64,000 nt of DNA, from positions 1-64,000 of the forward strand of contig JBGAJQ010000003.1 in NCBI GenBank assembly GCA_044224875.1, read 5' to 3'. Positions 1-9,643 of the stretch are shown here, in pieces. The translations under genes were made by a program, and so were the position numbers. A model generated the notes under the pieces. That model saw only the letters and a list, made by a program, of their open reading frames with translations, had not been told where the DNA came from and made no database searches. This DNA comes from Gemmatimonadaceae bacterium (lineage in GTDB: Bacteria > Gemmatimonadota > Gemmatimonadetes > Gemmatimonadales > Gemmatimonadaceae). Position 1 is the first letter of the stretch. Every line of letters starts with the position of its first letter.

Positions 1-529
1 TTGCATCTGACGGGCCAATGCGTTCCATCAGCTGCAGGATGGCGCGCATCTTCGGCGACGTGGCCACCATCTTGGGTAACGCACCCCGCAAGGTTCTGTT
101 CTCGCTCTCCAGACGCTGCGCCCGCCGCTGGGCCCTGCCGAGCTCGATGGCGTTCCGGAGGATCGCGAGAAGACGCGCGTTGTCCCACGGCTTTTCCACG
201 TAGTCGTGCGCCCCTCGCCGCATCGCCTCGACGGCCGTGTCGATGCTGGCCCACGCCGTCATCACCACGATCGGCAAGGTGGCATCGAGCACCGGGATGC
301 GCTCCAGCAGGTCCAAACCTTCGCGTCCCGACGTCGTGTCGCGAGCGTAGTTCAGGTCCATCAGTACGGCGTCGTAGTCGCGCGCCTGCAGTGCCAGAAG
401 GATTTCATTCGGAGACCTCGCCGCATCGCTGACATACCCCTCCGACTTCAACAACAAGCGAAGGGCCTCGATGACGTCCGGTTGGTCGTCGGCAACGAGG
501 ATGCGAGCCGTAGCTGATGGTTCAGGCAA
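1..529 (-). CDS. NtrC-family sigma-54-dependent response regulator (5' part; runs off window)
   Basis: Not in the ORF track; translated by hand from TTG at 529: MPEPSATARILVADDQPDVIEALRLLLKSEGY...VLMDLNY...VVMTAWASIDTAVEAMRRGAHDYVEKPWDN...SPKMRAILQLMERIGPSDA. This is a REC domain followed by the start of an AAA+ sigma-54 domain. Confidence 0.85.
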   Translation of the reverse strand, partial: MPEPSATARILVADDQPDVIEALRLLLKSEGYVSDAARSPNEILLALQARDYDAVLMDLNYARDTTSGREGLDLLERIPVLDATLPIVVMTAWASIDTAVEAMRRGAHDYVEKPWDNARLLAILRNAIELGRAQRRAQRLESENRTLRGALPKMVATSPKMRAILQLMERIGPSDA

Positions 530-558
530 CGAGGGATCCGGAAAGAGTAGGCGGCGGC

Positions 559-1347
559 CTACCGCGTGGCCTTGTCCTCCACAATCCAGCCATCACGGAG
601 CGTGATGATTCGAGAACCCACGGCCGCGTTGTCCTCGGAGTGCGTCACCTGCACGATCGTGGTGCCCGCTGAATTCAATTGCGAGAACAAGTCCATGATC
701 TCGCGAGCCTGCGACGAATGAAGATTGCCCGTCGGCTCGTCGGCAAGTAACAACGCCGGCCGCGCGATTACGGCGCGCGCGACCCCGACGAGTTGCTGCT
801 GCCCACCGGACAGCTGACGTGGGTAGAGGTCCTTCTTCCCGACGATCTGGAAGCGGTCCAACGTGTCCGCCACAATCGCCGCCCGTTCTTCCTTCGGGAC
901 GTCGCGATACGACAGCGGGAGGTCGAGATTTTCGGCGACCGTCAGGTCATCCAGTAGATGATACTGCTGAAACACAAACCCGATGTGCCGTCTGTTCAGC
1001 GCCAGGCGGTCCTTGGGTTTCATGGCATGCACCGCCCGCCCGAGCAGGAAATACTCTCCCGTCCACGCCGCGTCAAACATGCCAAGGATCGACAGCAGGG
1101 TCGACTTGCCCGCGCCCGACGGCCCCATGATGGTGACAAACTCACCAGGTGCAATGTCGAACGTGATGCGTCGCAGGACATACGATCGCCCGGCCGCGAT
1201 TTCATAGAACTTCTCAACGGAGCGGAGCGACGTCACCGGTCCGGAATACGCCTCATCGACAGCGGCAGTCGACGCGGCGGACGAACGAAGAGGCCACATG
1301 GGCATCGGGGTGTACGAGACGACATCAGAGGCGACTGGGCGCGCCAA
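559..1347 (-). CDS. ABC transporter ATP-binding protein (LolD/MacB type)
   Basis: Walker A GPSGAGKST, signature LSGGQQQ, Walker B LLADEPTGNL, H-loop VTH. The true start may be slightly downstream (near 1305). Confidence 0.9.
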   Translation of the reverse strand: MARPVASDVVSYTPMPMWPLRSSAASTAAVDEAYSGPVTSLRSVEKFYEIAAGRSYVLRRITFDIAPGEFVTIMGPSGAGKSTLLSILGMFDAAWTGEYFLLGRAVHAMKPKDRLALNRRHIGFVFQQYHLLDDLTVAENLDLPLSYRDVPKEERAAIVADTLDRFQIVGKKDLYPRQLSGGQQQLVGVARAVIARPALLLADEPTGNLHSSQAREIMDLFSQLNSAGTTIVQVTHSEDNAAVGSRIITLRDGWIVEDKATR

Positions 1348-1462
1348 GCTGCGCCACGCCGCGAGCTACCATCAACGCTAACAGCATGAACACGCGCCCC
1401 ACCACCCACCGACGGCCCCCAAGACGCCGCAGGACGTGGTGGGAGCGGACGCGCAACGAATC

Positions 1463-3889
1463 TCATCCGTCGCTGCGCAGTGCCACGGACGGATCCACAC
1501 GGGACGCGCGCCTGGCTGGAATGAACGATGCCAGCAAGGCAACAAGGACCAGGAAGACCGGAATGCCAACAAACGTCACGGGATCTGTCGACTGAACGCC
1601 GTAGAGCGCTCCTCGTAACAGTTGGGACAAGCCAAAAGCGGCCGGCACGCCCAACAACACGCCAAGGGCGACCAAGCGGGAACTTCCCGAGAGCACGAGT
1701 CGCACGATCGCTCCACGCCCCGCCCCTAAGGCCATGCGAATGCCCATCTCGTGCGTTCGCTGCGCCACGGCATAGGAGATCACGCCGTACAAGCCAATGC
1801 CCGCCAGCACCAACGCGGCTATGCCAAACGTCGCGAACATGATGCCGTACACGCGAGATTCGAACATCCGGTTCCACGTGGTCTTGGCCATCGGTTCGAC
1901 CATGGACACCGGCAGGTCAGGATCCACACGCCGCATCGCGGCCTGCATCGGCTGCACCAGGACGGACGGTGACTGGGTGGACCGGATCGCCGCGGTCAGG
2001 TTGCGTACACGACGTTGGGCAAGTGGGAGGAACATCTCCGGCGTACGGCGATCCTCAGTCACCTTTCGCGGCACCAGGTGCCGAACGACCCCGACGACCG
2101 TGATCCAGCTGCTGTCGTTCGGATGTTCCTTGAACCGATGCCCGACGGCTGAAACACCCGGCCATTCACGCTGCGCGAACACTTCGTCGATGACGGCGAC
2201 ACGCTCCGACGTCGACGCGTCGGACTCCGCGATCGCCCGTCCATCGAGCACGGTGAGTCCCGCAGCGTCAAAAAAGCCAGGCGTGACCTCGGTGACCCAC
2301 GCCTCCGGGCCGTCGCTCTCCGGATACGTCTTTCCCTCCGGGAAGTACCCAGTGCTCGAACAACAATGCTTGATCGGCATTTGCGAGGTGAAACCCACAT
2401 GGGTCACCCCGGGTGTCGCGAGGATCTCGCGTTGCAGCGTGGCGAGCAAGGCATCGAACGCGGTGTCGCCCGCATACCGCGGTCCCGCGACCGCGAGGTC
2501 CATCGTCAGCAACCCCTGGGTGCGCACGCCCAGTTCGGCTTCCTGCGTCGCGAGGAACGAGCGCGTCATGAGGGCTGCGCCCGCCAGCAGCACCAACGAC
2601 AGTGACAACTGCACAACGACCAGTGACGATCGCAACTGGCCTGACCACCCGGCCGCGCTCGTCGATCGACCGCCGGCCTGCTTGAGTGCCTCGCTCACCG
2701 TGGTCGCCGACAGCCGCAACGCGGGCGCCAGCCCAAACAACAACCCTGTCAGCGCCGTCAGGCCCGCACTCACCAGCAACACCGTCCGATCCACGTCGAA
2801 CCGCATCCAGAACGGCATCGTATCCGGCGCATTGGTCACGGTGAATATCTCGATCGCCCAGGAACCGATGAGCGTCCCCAGTGCTCCCCCAGCCAAGGCC
2901 AGGAGCAAGCTCTCCGTGAGCAGCTGCCGGATGACTCGGCCACGCGTGGCGCCGATCGCCGATCGAACGGCAACTTCTCGCTGGCGCGCCGACCCACGAG
3001 CCAGCAAGAGGTTCGCCACGTTTGCACAGGCGATCAGCAGCACGAAGCCCACGGCCCCCAGCATGATCTGGAAGATGCCGCGCACTTCGCCGGCTACCTC
3101 TTCCTGCAGGGGCTGGGTCCACGCCGTGAATCCCCGATTGCTGGTGGGGAAGCGCGTCTCCAACGGCCGCATGGCCTCACGGAGCCACGCATTCGCCGAG
3201 GTTGTTGTAGCTCCCGGAGCGAGCCGGCCGGTCACCTGCAAGTACCGCCAATCGCGGTGCTCCCGATTGGCACCCGGTTCGATCGGCAACCACACGTCCT
3301 CGCGCTCCGGGAACTGGATCCCCTCCTGCATGACCCCAATCACCGCATACGGCTCACCGTTCACCAGAAGCGACCGGCCAACGATCGTCGAATCGCCGCC
3401 AAACTTCCGCTGCCACAGTCCGTACCCGATCACCATCACCTTGCCAGCAAGGTCTTCCTCTGGCGTGAAGAACCTTCCCAGCGCCGGCCTGAGTCCGACG
3501 AGTGGGAACAACGACGCCGTCACTCGCGCACCGGCCAATCGCTCGGCGCCCGCCATGCCACCGATGTTCCAGTCCCGCGCCGAAAACGCCCCCAGCGTCT
3601 GGAACGGGGTGCCGCCCGCTGTCGCTGCCCGCGCCAGGTCCTCGTAGTCCGGATAGGAGAACGACACCCCGCTGCGGCGCTGCTCATTCAACTTCCACAT
3701 GTTCAGCTGCATGACGCGATCGCCGTCCGGGTACGGCAGCGGCCGCACGACGAGGGCGTTATACGGACTCCACACGAAGACGTTGGCGGCGATGCCTAAC
3801 GCGATGCAAAGGATGCTGGCGGTGGCGAAGCCGGGGTTGCGTCGCAGCGAGCGGACGGCAACACGCAGGTCATGTCGAAGAATGTCCAT
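1463..3889 (-). CDS. ABC permease with duplicated MacB-PCD/FtsX domains (ADOP-like)
   Basis: 808 aa; DLRVAVRSLRRNPGF start, LLIACANVANLLLAR, REVAVRSAIGA, RTHEMGIRMALGA, RRASRVDP end. Confidence 0.9.
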   Translation of the reverse strand: MDILRHDLRVAVRSLRRNPGFATASILCIALGIAANVFVWSPYNALVVRPLPYPDGDRVMQLNMWKLNEQRRSGVSFSYPDYEDLARAATAGGTPFQTLGAFSARDWNIGGMAGAERLAGARVTASLFPLVGLRPALGRFFTPEEDLAGKVMVIGYGLWQRKFGGDSTIVGRSLLVNGEPYAVIGVMQEGIQFPEREDVWLPIEPGANREHRDWRYLQVTGRLAPGATTTSANAWLREAMRPLETRFPTSNRGFTAWTQPLQEEVAGEVRGIFQIMLGAVGFVLLIACANVANLLLARGSARQREVAVRSAIGATRGRVIRQLLTESLLLALAGGALGTLIGSWAIEIFTVTNAPDTMPFWMRFDVDRTVLLVSAGLTALTGLLFGLAPALRLSATTVSEALKQAGGRSTSAAGWSGQLRSSLVVVQLSLSLVLLAGAALMTRSFLATQEAELGVRTQGLLTMDLAVAGPRYAGDTAFDALLATLQREILATPGVTHVGFTSQMPIKHCCSSTGYFPEGKTYPESDGPEAWVTEVTPGFFDAAGLTVLDGRAIAESDASTSERVAVIDEVFAQREWPGVSAVGHRFKEHPNDSSWITVVGVVRHLVPRKVTEDRRTPEMFLPLAQRRVRNLTAAIRSTQSPSVLVQPMQAAMRRVDPDLPVSMVEPMAKTTWNRMFESRVYGIMFATFGIAALVLAGIGLYGVISYAVAQRTHEMGIRMALGAGRGAIVRLVLSGSSRLVALGVLLGVPAAFGLSQLLRGALYGVQSTDPVTFVGIPVFLVLVALLASFIPARRASRVDPSVALRSDG

Positions 3890-4012
3890 CGTTCCTCCCG
3901 CCAGCGCGCAGGCGCCGCCCGGGCTCGCGCCCGTCGGGGCGCGGCCAGAAAATGTGAGCCAGCTGTTGTGCAGGAGTCCGGCGCGCCGATCGCGTCGCGC
4001 CGGACCGTATCG

Positions 4013-4753
4013 TCAGATTTCGGCGCCGCCGGCGGTTTCTTCCACCACTCGGCCGTCAAACAGGTGCACCGAGCGGTCCGCGTGCCGCGCATACCGCGGA
4101 TCGTGCGTCACCATGCAGATCGTCGCCCCGCCACGGTGAAGTTCACGCAACAACTCCATCACGGCTTCGCCGTTGGTGGAGTCCAGGTTCCCCGTTGGTT
4201 CGTCGGCGAGCAGGATCGCCGGGTCGCCAGCTACGGCGCGAGCGACTGCCACACGTTGCTGCTGGCCGCCCGACAGCTGCGACGGGTAGTGCTTCATGCG
4301 GTGCGACATGCCCACGCGCTCCAGCGCCTCCTGCACACGCTTCCGCCGGTCCGCAGACGACATGCCCCGATACGTCAGTGGCAGCTCGACATTCTCGTAC
4401 ACGGTCAGGTCACCGATCAGGTTGAACGCCTGGAAGATGAACCCGATCTGACGGTTCCGGATCCGCGCGCGGTCACCCGGCGACAAATTCGAAACGTCCT
4501 CGCCGCTCAACACATACTTCCCGTCCGTCGGCGTATCCAGCAAGCCGAGGATCGAGAGCAGCGTCGTCTTGCCACAACCGGATGGCCCGGCGATGGCGAT
4601 GTACTCCCCGGGCTTGATGTCGAAGTGCACATCCGCGAGGGCGTGGGTCTCCACCTCATCCGTGTAGAAGATCTTCTTGATCCCCTGCATCTGAATGAGA
4701 GGTTCGGCGAGGGCCGTGCCGGAGCTGCTGGAGGAGAAGTTCGGGCTGGTCAC
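4013..4753 (-). CDS. ABC transporter ATP-binding protein (LolD/MacB type)
   Basis: GPSGCGKTT, LSGGQQQRVA, ILLADEPTGNLD, VTH motifs. Confidence 0.92.
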   Translation of the reverse strand: MTSPNFSSSSSGTALAEPLIQMQGIKKIFYTDEVETHALADVHFDIKPGEYIAIAGPSGCGKTTLLSILGLLDTPTDGKYVLSGEDVSNLSPGDRARIRNRQIGFIFQAFNLIGDLTVYENVELPLTYRGMSSADRRKRVQEALERVGMSHRMKHYPSQLSGGQQQRVAVARAVAGDPAILLADEPTGNLDSTNGEAVMELLRELHRGGATICMVTHDPRYARHADRSVHLFDGRVVEETAGGAEI

Positions 4754-5994
4754 TTGAGTCTCACCTTGTTGACGGTGTCGTAGCGCGACATGTCGGAGAC
4801 AATCACCTTGTCGCCGGGCTGTAGTCCTGAGACAACCTCAATGGTCGTAACGGATGCACGTCCGAGCTTTACGTTGATCCTCGACGCGGTGTTTCCGTCC
4901 GGCGACACCTTGAACAGGCCGACCGTGCTCTCGGGCTGCCCATACGCCGGTCGTGTGACGTAGAGGACGTCATTCAACCGCTCCAGCTCAATCGTCCCGT
5001 CTACACTTAGATCGGGTCGAGCGCCCTTCGGCAGTTCCCCATCGAGACCGATGTCCACGGTCACGGTCCCATTGATGGCGGCCGGATCGGTCCGAATCAC
5101 ACGCCCAGACACAAATCCGTTCCGCGTATCGATGGACGTCTTCTGACCGATCGCCACGTCCTTCGCCATCGTCTCCGGCACTCGAAGGACCGCCTTGAGT
5201 CGACCGGGTTGGGCAACGGTCGCCAATGTCTGCCCCGGAACCACCCACTGGCCAAGCTCCAGAGTAAGGGCCTGCAGAACACCGTCGAGCCCGGCGGTCA
5301 CCTTCATCGAATTGACACGCTCCTCCTGGAACCGAGAGATCGCGACCAACCGGTCAAGATTCGCTTTGGCCTTGCCGATCTGCTCGTCCATGGCGCTCGA
5401 CATGAGGTCCAGACGCTTCTGCTCCAAGTCCAGTCGGACCTGCAACTCGGTGGCCGACTCACGAGCCCGCTTGATCTCGTTCACCGACCCCAAGCCGCGC
5501 TTCTCCAGGGCGTCCTGAGTCTCTGCGTCCCTCAAGGCGGCGTTACGCTGTGACGTTAGTGTCGCTATGAGGGCGCTTTGCGTCAGCCTATTTCCCTCAA
5601 GATTCGTCCGGAGCGTCACAAGCTCCTGCTCCGCCTGCGTCACCTGACGCTGGGCCTCGAGCGCTTGGAGCTGCACCTCCGGGTTGCTCAGCTCCAGTAT
5701 CACCGTACCTCGGGTGACCGTCGCTCCCGGCCGAAGCGGCCGGGCCTCCACACGACCCGCGGTCACCGCTGCGACGTAGCGAATGTTCTCAGGAATCAGC
5801 GTACCAGGCGCACGAACCTGCCGAGTGAATGTGCCGCGAACCACCGAATCGATGACCGCTTCATTCTCTTGAATCGACGGTGGTCTCGCCTCGAGTCTGG
5901 AAAGCGAGAACGTCAGAATGGCGACGGCCGCGATCGAGACTCCGATGATGACGTTTCGGCGGGTTTTCTTGGGTGGCTCTCGCTTTATGTCCAC
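4750..5994 (-). CDS. HlyD-family/efflux membrane fusion (periplasmic adaptor) protein
   Basis: N-terminal TM anchor, VRAPGTL/GRVE lipoyl-like half, long coiled coil, GLQPGDKVIVS C-terminus; overlaps the downstream ATPase start. Confidence 0.85.
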   Translation of the reverse strand: MDIKREPPKKTRRNVIIGVSIAAVAILTFSLSRLEARPPSIQENEAVIDSVVRGTFTRQVRAPGTLIPENIRYVAAVTAGRVEARPLRPGATVTRGTVILELSNPEVQLQALEAQRQVTQAEQELVTLRTNLEGNRLTQSALIATLTSQRNAALRDAETQDALEKRGLGSVNEIKRARESATELQVRLDLEQKRLDLMSSAMDEQIGKAKANLDRLVAISRFQEERVNSMKVTAGLDGVLQALTLELGQWVVPGQTLATVAQPGRLKAVLRVPETMAKDVAIGQKTSIDTRNGFVSGRVIRTDPAAINGTVTVDIGLDGELPKGARPDLSVDGTIELERLNDVLYVTRPAYGQPESTVGLFKVSPDGNTASRINVKLGRASVTTIEVVSGLQPGDKVIVSDMSRYDTVNKVRLK

Positions 5995-6048
5995 AGGAAT
6001 CTTCGTTGTCAGTCAGGTTTACGGCTCGAGATTTCTCGTCCGCTATAC

Positions 6049-6175
6049 GAAAGGCTTGTGCCTCAAGGATTCAAATTCCCAAGAGGCTGTCAGCCATAGC
6101 GATAGCTCAAGGCGCCAACGAGCGACAGGGGCGCCAAGACGTCGGTAGTGGGAATAGACGTCCCGAAATCGGACA
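6049..6175 (-). promoter_or_regulatory. Possible sigma-54-like promoter plus palindromic activator site upstream of the exporter operon
   Basis: Minus strand AGGCACAAGCCTTTC at 6063-6049 (imperfect -12 box) and CGTCC-N7-GGACA at 6159-6175. Confidence 0.3.
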
Positions 6176-6252
6176 CCAGCCGCCAGAAGACGGTTTGGAT
6201 GGGACGCAATTATCGGGAATGCTGAGACGAAAGGCCGCGAGCAGCGGCGGCG

Positions 6253-6873
6253 CTAGCGAGCGATCGTCGAGTCCGAGCCGACTTCTTCGACGGCGAGCAG
6301 GCGGCGAGCGCCCATCCACTTGCGCTGGAACCAGCTCGTCTCGCTCTCCATCGACGACTCCACGATGCGCCGCTTGCTCGTTGACGCATGCACAACGCGA
6401 CCCTCGCCGACGTAAATCCCGATGTGCGTCACTCGACGACCACTGCCCCAAGCGATCAGGTCGCCGGGACGCAGGGCGGCGGTGTCTCGCTCAACGAGCT
6501 GCCCGACCTGCGACTGCTCGTTTGCAGTGCGGGGGAGCGTGAGATGCAGCGCAGCCAGCACATAGCGCACGAACCCACTGCAGTCGAAGGCCTTTCCGGG
6601 AGACTCAGCGCCTAACCGATACGGTGTGCCGATCTGCGAACGCGCCACCGAGACGATCGAGTCGCGCAGCACGGTTTCGCGGTCCACCGACGGTGCGATC
6701 AGCGGCGCACGTGTCATCGCCGCCACGCGATTCGACAGGCTGTCCTTGAGCCGTTCGGCCGACTCGGAGAATGCCGCGAACGGCTTCTTCCTCACCCTCG
6801 TCGTCCGCTGCCCTTCCGCCGTCAGCGGCAGAAGAAAAATGGCAAGCGCTGCGAGGATGAGAGAGCGACGCAT
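6253..6873 (-). CDS. NlpC/P60 (C40) cell-wall peptidase with signal peptide
   Basis: GTPYRLG, FDCSGFV, LPRTA, PGDL, HIGIY, VHAS motifs. Confidence 0.92.
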   Translation of the reverse strand: MRRSLILAALAIFLLPLTAEGQRTTRVRKKPFAAFSESAERLKDSLSNRVAAMTRAPLIAPSVDRETVLRDSIVSVARSQIGTPYRLGAESPGKAFDCSGFVRYVLAALHLTLPRTANEQSQVGQLVERDTAALRPGDLIAWGSGRRVTHIGIYVGEGRVVHASTSKRRIVESSMESETSWFQRKWMGARRLLAVEEVGSDSTIAR

Positions 6874-6978
6874 TTCAATCGGCTAAGGAGAGCGTTGACA
6901 GCACCGGGAAACTACCCGGGAAAGCGCGCCGCGGAAGTGGGTCTGGATCACATATCGGGCGCAGAGACGTTCCGTGTC

Positions 6979-7338
6979 TCACTCCTCACCGCGATACACA
7001 CAGCCAGACGTGCAGGTTTCGTACAGTTCAATCGCCGACAACCCCGCGACCGACGGCTTCAGCGCCCGCCAGATCCATCTCGCGAGAATCTCACTGGTCG
7101 GATTCCCGAGCCCGGGGATCTCGTTCAGATAATAGTGATCGAGTTGGGCGCGAACGGGGGCGATGGCCGCCGAGATGTCTCCGAAGTCCATGACCCACCC
7201 AGTGCGGGCACCCACGTCTCCCTTCACGAAGACGCGCACGCGAAACGAGTGGCCGTGCAGCCTCGCGCACTTGTGATTGGCGGGGACATTGGGGAGGCGG
7301 TGCGCGGCCTCGAAGGTGAATTCCTTGAAGATTTCCAT
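6979..7338 (-). CDS. queD: 6-carboxy-5,6,7,8-tetrahydropterin synthase
   Basis: [16 protein letters not shown]...CARLHGHS...LDHYYLN...NPTSE...ETCTSG; ATG at 7338. Confidence 0.93.
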   Translation of the reverse strand: MEIFKEFTFEAAHRLPNVPANHKCARLHGHSFRVRVFVKGDVGARTGWVMDFGDISAAIAPVRAQLDHYYLNEIPGLGNPTSEILARWIWRALKPSVAGLSAIELYETCTSGCVYRGEE

Positions 7339-7342
7339 GGTG

Positions 7343-7972
7343 CTAGCGAATGCCGAGCAGCTTGTGCGTTTGCAGGGACAACTTCCACTGGGGATGTTCG
7401 AGGCAGTAGGCCAGGGCGCGGGCCGTGTTGTCCGCGAGCTCCGCGCCATCCATCGGTTGCAGGTAGAACTCGTCGAAGGTGAGGTGGGTGAAGCGTTCCG
7501 GTGGGGCATCGTGCTGGGGGTAGACCAGCTTCAACTCGTGTCCGGAGGTCTGGACCAGCGGCGCCGTCGACTTGGGGCTCACACAAATCCAGTCGACGCC
7601 TGGCGGTACCGGCAGGGTGCCGTTGGTCTCGATGGCAATGGCAAAGCCCTGGCGGTGCAGGGCATCGAGCAGGGCGCCGTCGAGCTGCAACAGTGGCTCA
7701 CCTCCGGTACACACGACGTATCGTCGACCCGGGTTTCCTGGCGGCCAGTGGGCAGCGATGGCGTTCGCCACCGCGTCGGCATCGGGGAACCGTCCGCCGT
7801 CAGGACCAACCCCCACAAAGTCGGTGTCGCAGAATTGGCAGACCGCGCCGCCCCGGTCCGACTCCCGGCCTGTCCAAAGGTTGCAGCCGCTAAAACGGCA
7901 GAAGACGGCGGCGCGTCCGGTGCGGGCGCCTTCGCCTTGCAGTGTGTAGAAGATCTCCTTGATCGTGTACAT
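7343..7972 (-). CDS. queE: 7-carboxy-7-deazaguanine synthase (radical SAM, CX14CX2C type)
   Basis: [51 protein letters not shown]; start overlaps the queC stop (TGATG). Confidence 0.93.
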   Translation of the reverse strand: MYTIKEIFYTLQGEGARTGRAAVFCRFSGCNLWTGRESDRGGAVCQFCDTDFVGVGPDGGRFPDADAVANAIAAHWPPGNPGRRYVVCTGGEPLLQLDGALLDALHRQGFAIAIETNGTLPVPPGVDWICVSPKSTAPLVQTSGHELKLVYPQHDAPPERFTHLTFDEFYLQPMDGAELADNTARALAYCLEHPQWKLSLQTHKLLGIR

Positions 7973-8673
7973 CACCTGGACCGGTCGGCATAGGCCACGG
8001 GATCCGTGACACCGGCTTCGGCAAATCCCTTCAAGCGCAGCTGGCACGCGTCGCAGTGGCCACAGGCAGCCCCCGAGGTGTCTGGGTCGTAGCAGCTGGT
8101 GGTCATGGCATAGTCGACACCTAACGATAACCCCAACCGAATGATGTCGGCCTTCGTCAGCTCAATCAACGGCGTACGGATGCGGATCCGCTGGCCCTCG
8201 ACGGAGGCCTTGGTCGCCAGGTTCGCCATCTGCTCGAATGCCTCAATGAACGCCGGGCGGCAATCCGGATAGCCGGAGTAATCCAACGCGTTCACGCCAA
8301 TGTAGATGTCGCTGGCGCCAAGCACCTCGGCCCACGCCAGGGCAAAGGAGAGAAAGATCGTATTCCGCGCCGGTACGTAGGTCACCGGGATGTCGCCTTG
8401 AGCGGCGAAGTCTCGGTCCTTCGGCACCTCGACGTCAGAGGTCAATGCCGAACCGCCGAACAGCCGGAGGTCGATGTCGGCCACGACGTGCTCCCGGGCC
8501 CCAGCCGCCTTTGCGATGCGCGCGGCGGCTTCCACCTCATGCTGATGCCGTTGACCGTAGCGAAAGCTGAGCGCGTGAACGGCAAATCCGTCCCGTTGAG
8601 CGAGGGCCAACAGGGTGGTCGAGTCAAGGCCGCCACTGAGGAGAAGGACGGCGCGGCGGGCAGAGACGGGCAT
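7972..8673 (-). CDS. queC: 7-cyano-7-deazaguanine synthase
   Basis: SGGLDS PP-loop, YGQRH, TYVPARN, YPDCR, SCY...CGHCDAC Zn site. Confidence 0.95.
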   Translation of the reverse strand: MPVSARRAVLLLSGGLDSTTLLALAQRDGFAVHALSFRYGQRHQHEVEAAARIAKAAGAREHVVADIDLRLFGGSALTSDVEVPKDRDFAAQGDIPVTYVPARNTIFLSFALAWAEVLGASDIYIGVNALDYSGYPDCRPAFIEAFEQMANLATKASVEGQRIRIRTPLIELTKADIIRLGLSLGVDYAMTTSCYDPDTSGAACGHCDACQLRLKGFAEAGVTDPVAYADRSR

Positions 8674-8818
8674 AGGCGCGACTGCGGCGGGATGTTATCG
8701 TCGGGAAGCTAGCCATCCCTCGGGGTCGGCGGTATCGCGGCCGCGCGGATCTCGGCTGCTGGTCACTGGCTCTTCCCGTGGCGGAATGACTGTCGACACC
8801 GACCTACCGAAGATCTCC

Positions 8819-9628
8819 ATGAAACACCTGCGCGTTGCCTTCTTCGTTCTTGTTGCGATGCTGGCCGGATGTCGCCAGCGACCCGCCGTGGTGTCCACAG
8901 GTGCGGTCCCATCGCCGCCGCCCATCGTGGATGGCCGTGGCGTGCTTCGCGCCATGAACGCGCGGTATGCGGGCAAGTGGTTCTCTACGCTCTCCTTTTC
9001 GCAGCGGACGGTGACGTATTCTGCCTCGGGGCGCGAGACGCGCGGGGTCTGGCACGAATACCTGGCGGTGCCTGGTCGCTTGCGTATCGACTACACCCCA
9101 CTCGCTGATCACAGCGGGGTGGTATATGCGGCGAACCGCGTCACGTCGTTCGTGAACGGCAAGGCAGCGGCATCACAGGGAGGATGGAATCCGGCCCTGG
9201 TCCTCATCGCCGACGTCTACGCGCAGCCGGTCGACACGACGGCCTACCAGCTGGACTCCCTCGGCTTCAAGACGCCGCTCGTTAGGCGTGACTCGGCCGG
9301 AGGGAAGGCCATGTGGGTCGTCGGTGCGACCGCCGGAGACACGACCTCCTCGCAGTTCTGGATCGATGCGGACTCGCTGCTTGTCCGGCGAATCATCCAA
9401 AAGCAATCCACGCCGCAACGCACGACCGTCACCGATATCCGCCTTGGCGCCTACCAGTCGGTCGGCGGCTACCCGGTCGCGTTCGAGATCCTGTTCTATC
9501 GCGACGGCCGGCTGTTCTTCCGTGAGGACTACTATGACGCGACGGTGAACGATGCACTGTCGCCGGACTTGTTCGACCCCGGGAAGTGGGTCGCGAGCCA
9601 GCTCAAGCGAGGCACTCCAGAGAAGTAG
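8819..9628 (+). CDS. Putative lipoprotein of unknown function (possibly LolA-like beta fold)
   Basis: MKHLRVAFFVLVAMLAG-C lipobox; beta-rich sequence ending DALSPDLFDP. Confidence 0.6.
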   Translation: MKHLRVAFFVLVAMLAGCRQRPAVVSTGAVPSPPPIVDGRGVLRAMNARYAGKWFSTLSFSQRTVTYSASGRETRGVWHEYLAVPGRLRIDYTPLADHSGVVYAANRVTSFVNGKAAASQGGWNPALVLIADVYAQPVDTTAYQLDSLGFKTPLVRRDSAGGKAMWVVGATAGDTTSSQFWIDADSLLVRRIIQKQSTPQRTTVTDIRLGAYQSVGGYPVAFEILFYRDGRLFFREDYYDATVNDALSPDLFDPGKWVASQLKRGTPEK

Positions 9629-9643
9629 CTCCAACAGGGAGCG

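Noticed and set aside
1797..3647. 616-aa plus-strand ORF
   Set aside because: Antisense shadow of the ABC permease; no motifs, typical of GC-rich DNA.
6979..8673. queCDE as a 7-deazaguanine DNA-modification (dpd or phage) island
   Set aside because: No dpdA/tgt-like, helicase or phage genes nearby; the context is housekeeping.
8674..8818. preQ1 riboswitch upstream of queC
   Set aside because: No stem-loop with the A-rich 3' tail of preQ1-I is visible; an Rfam scan would settle it.
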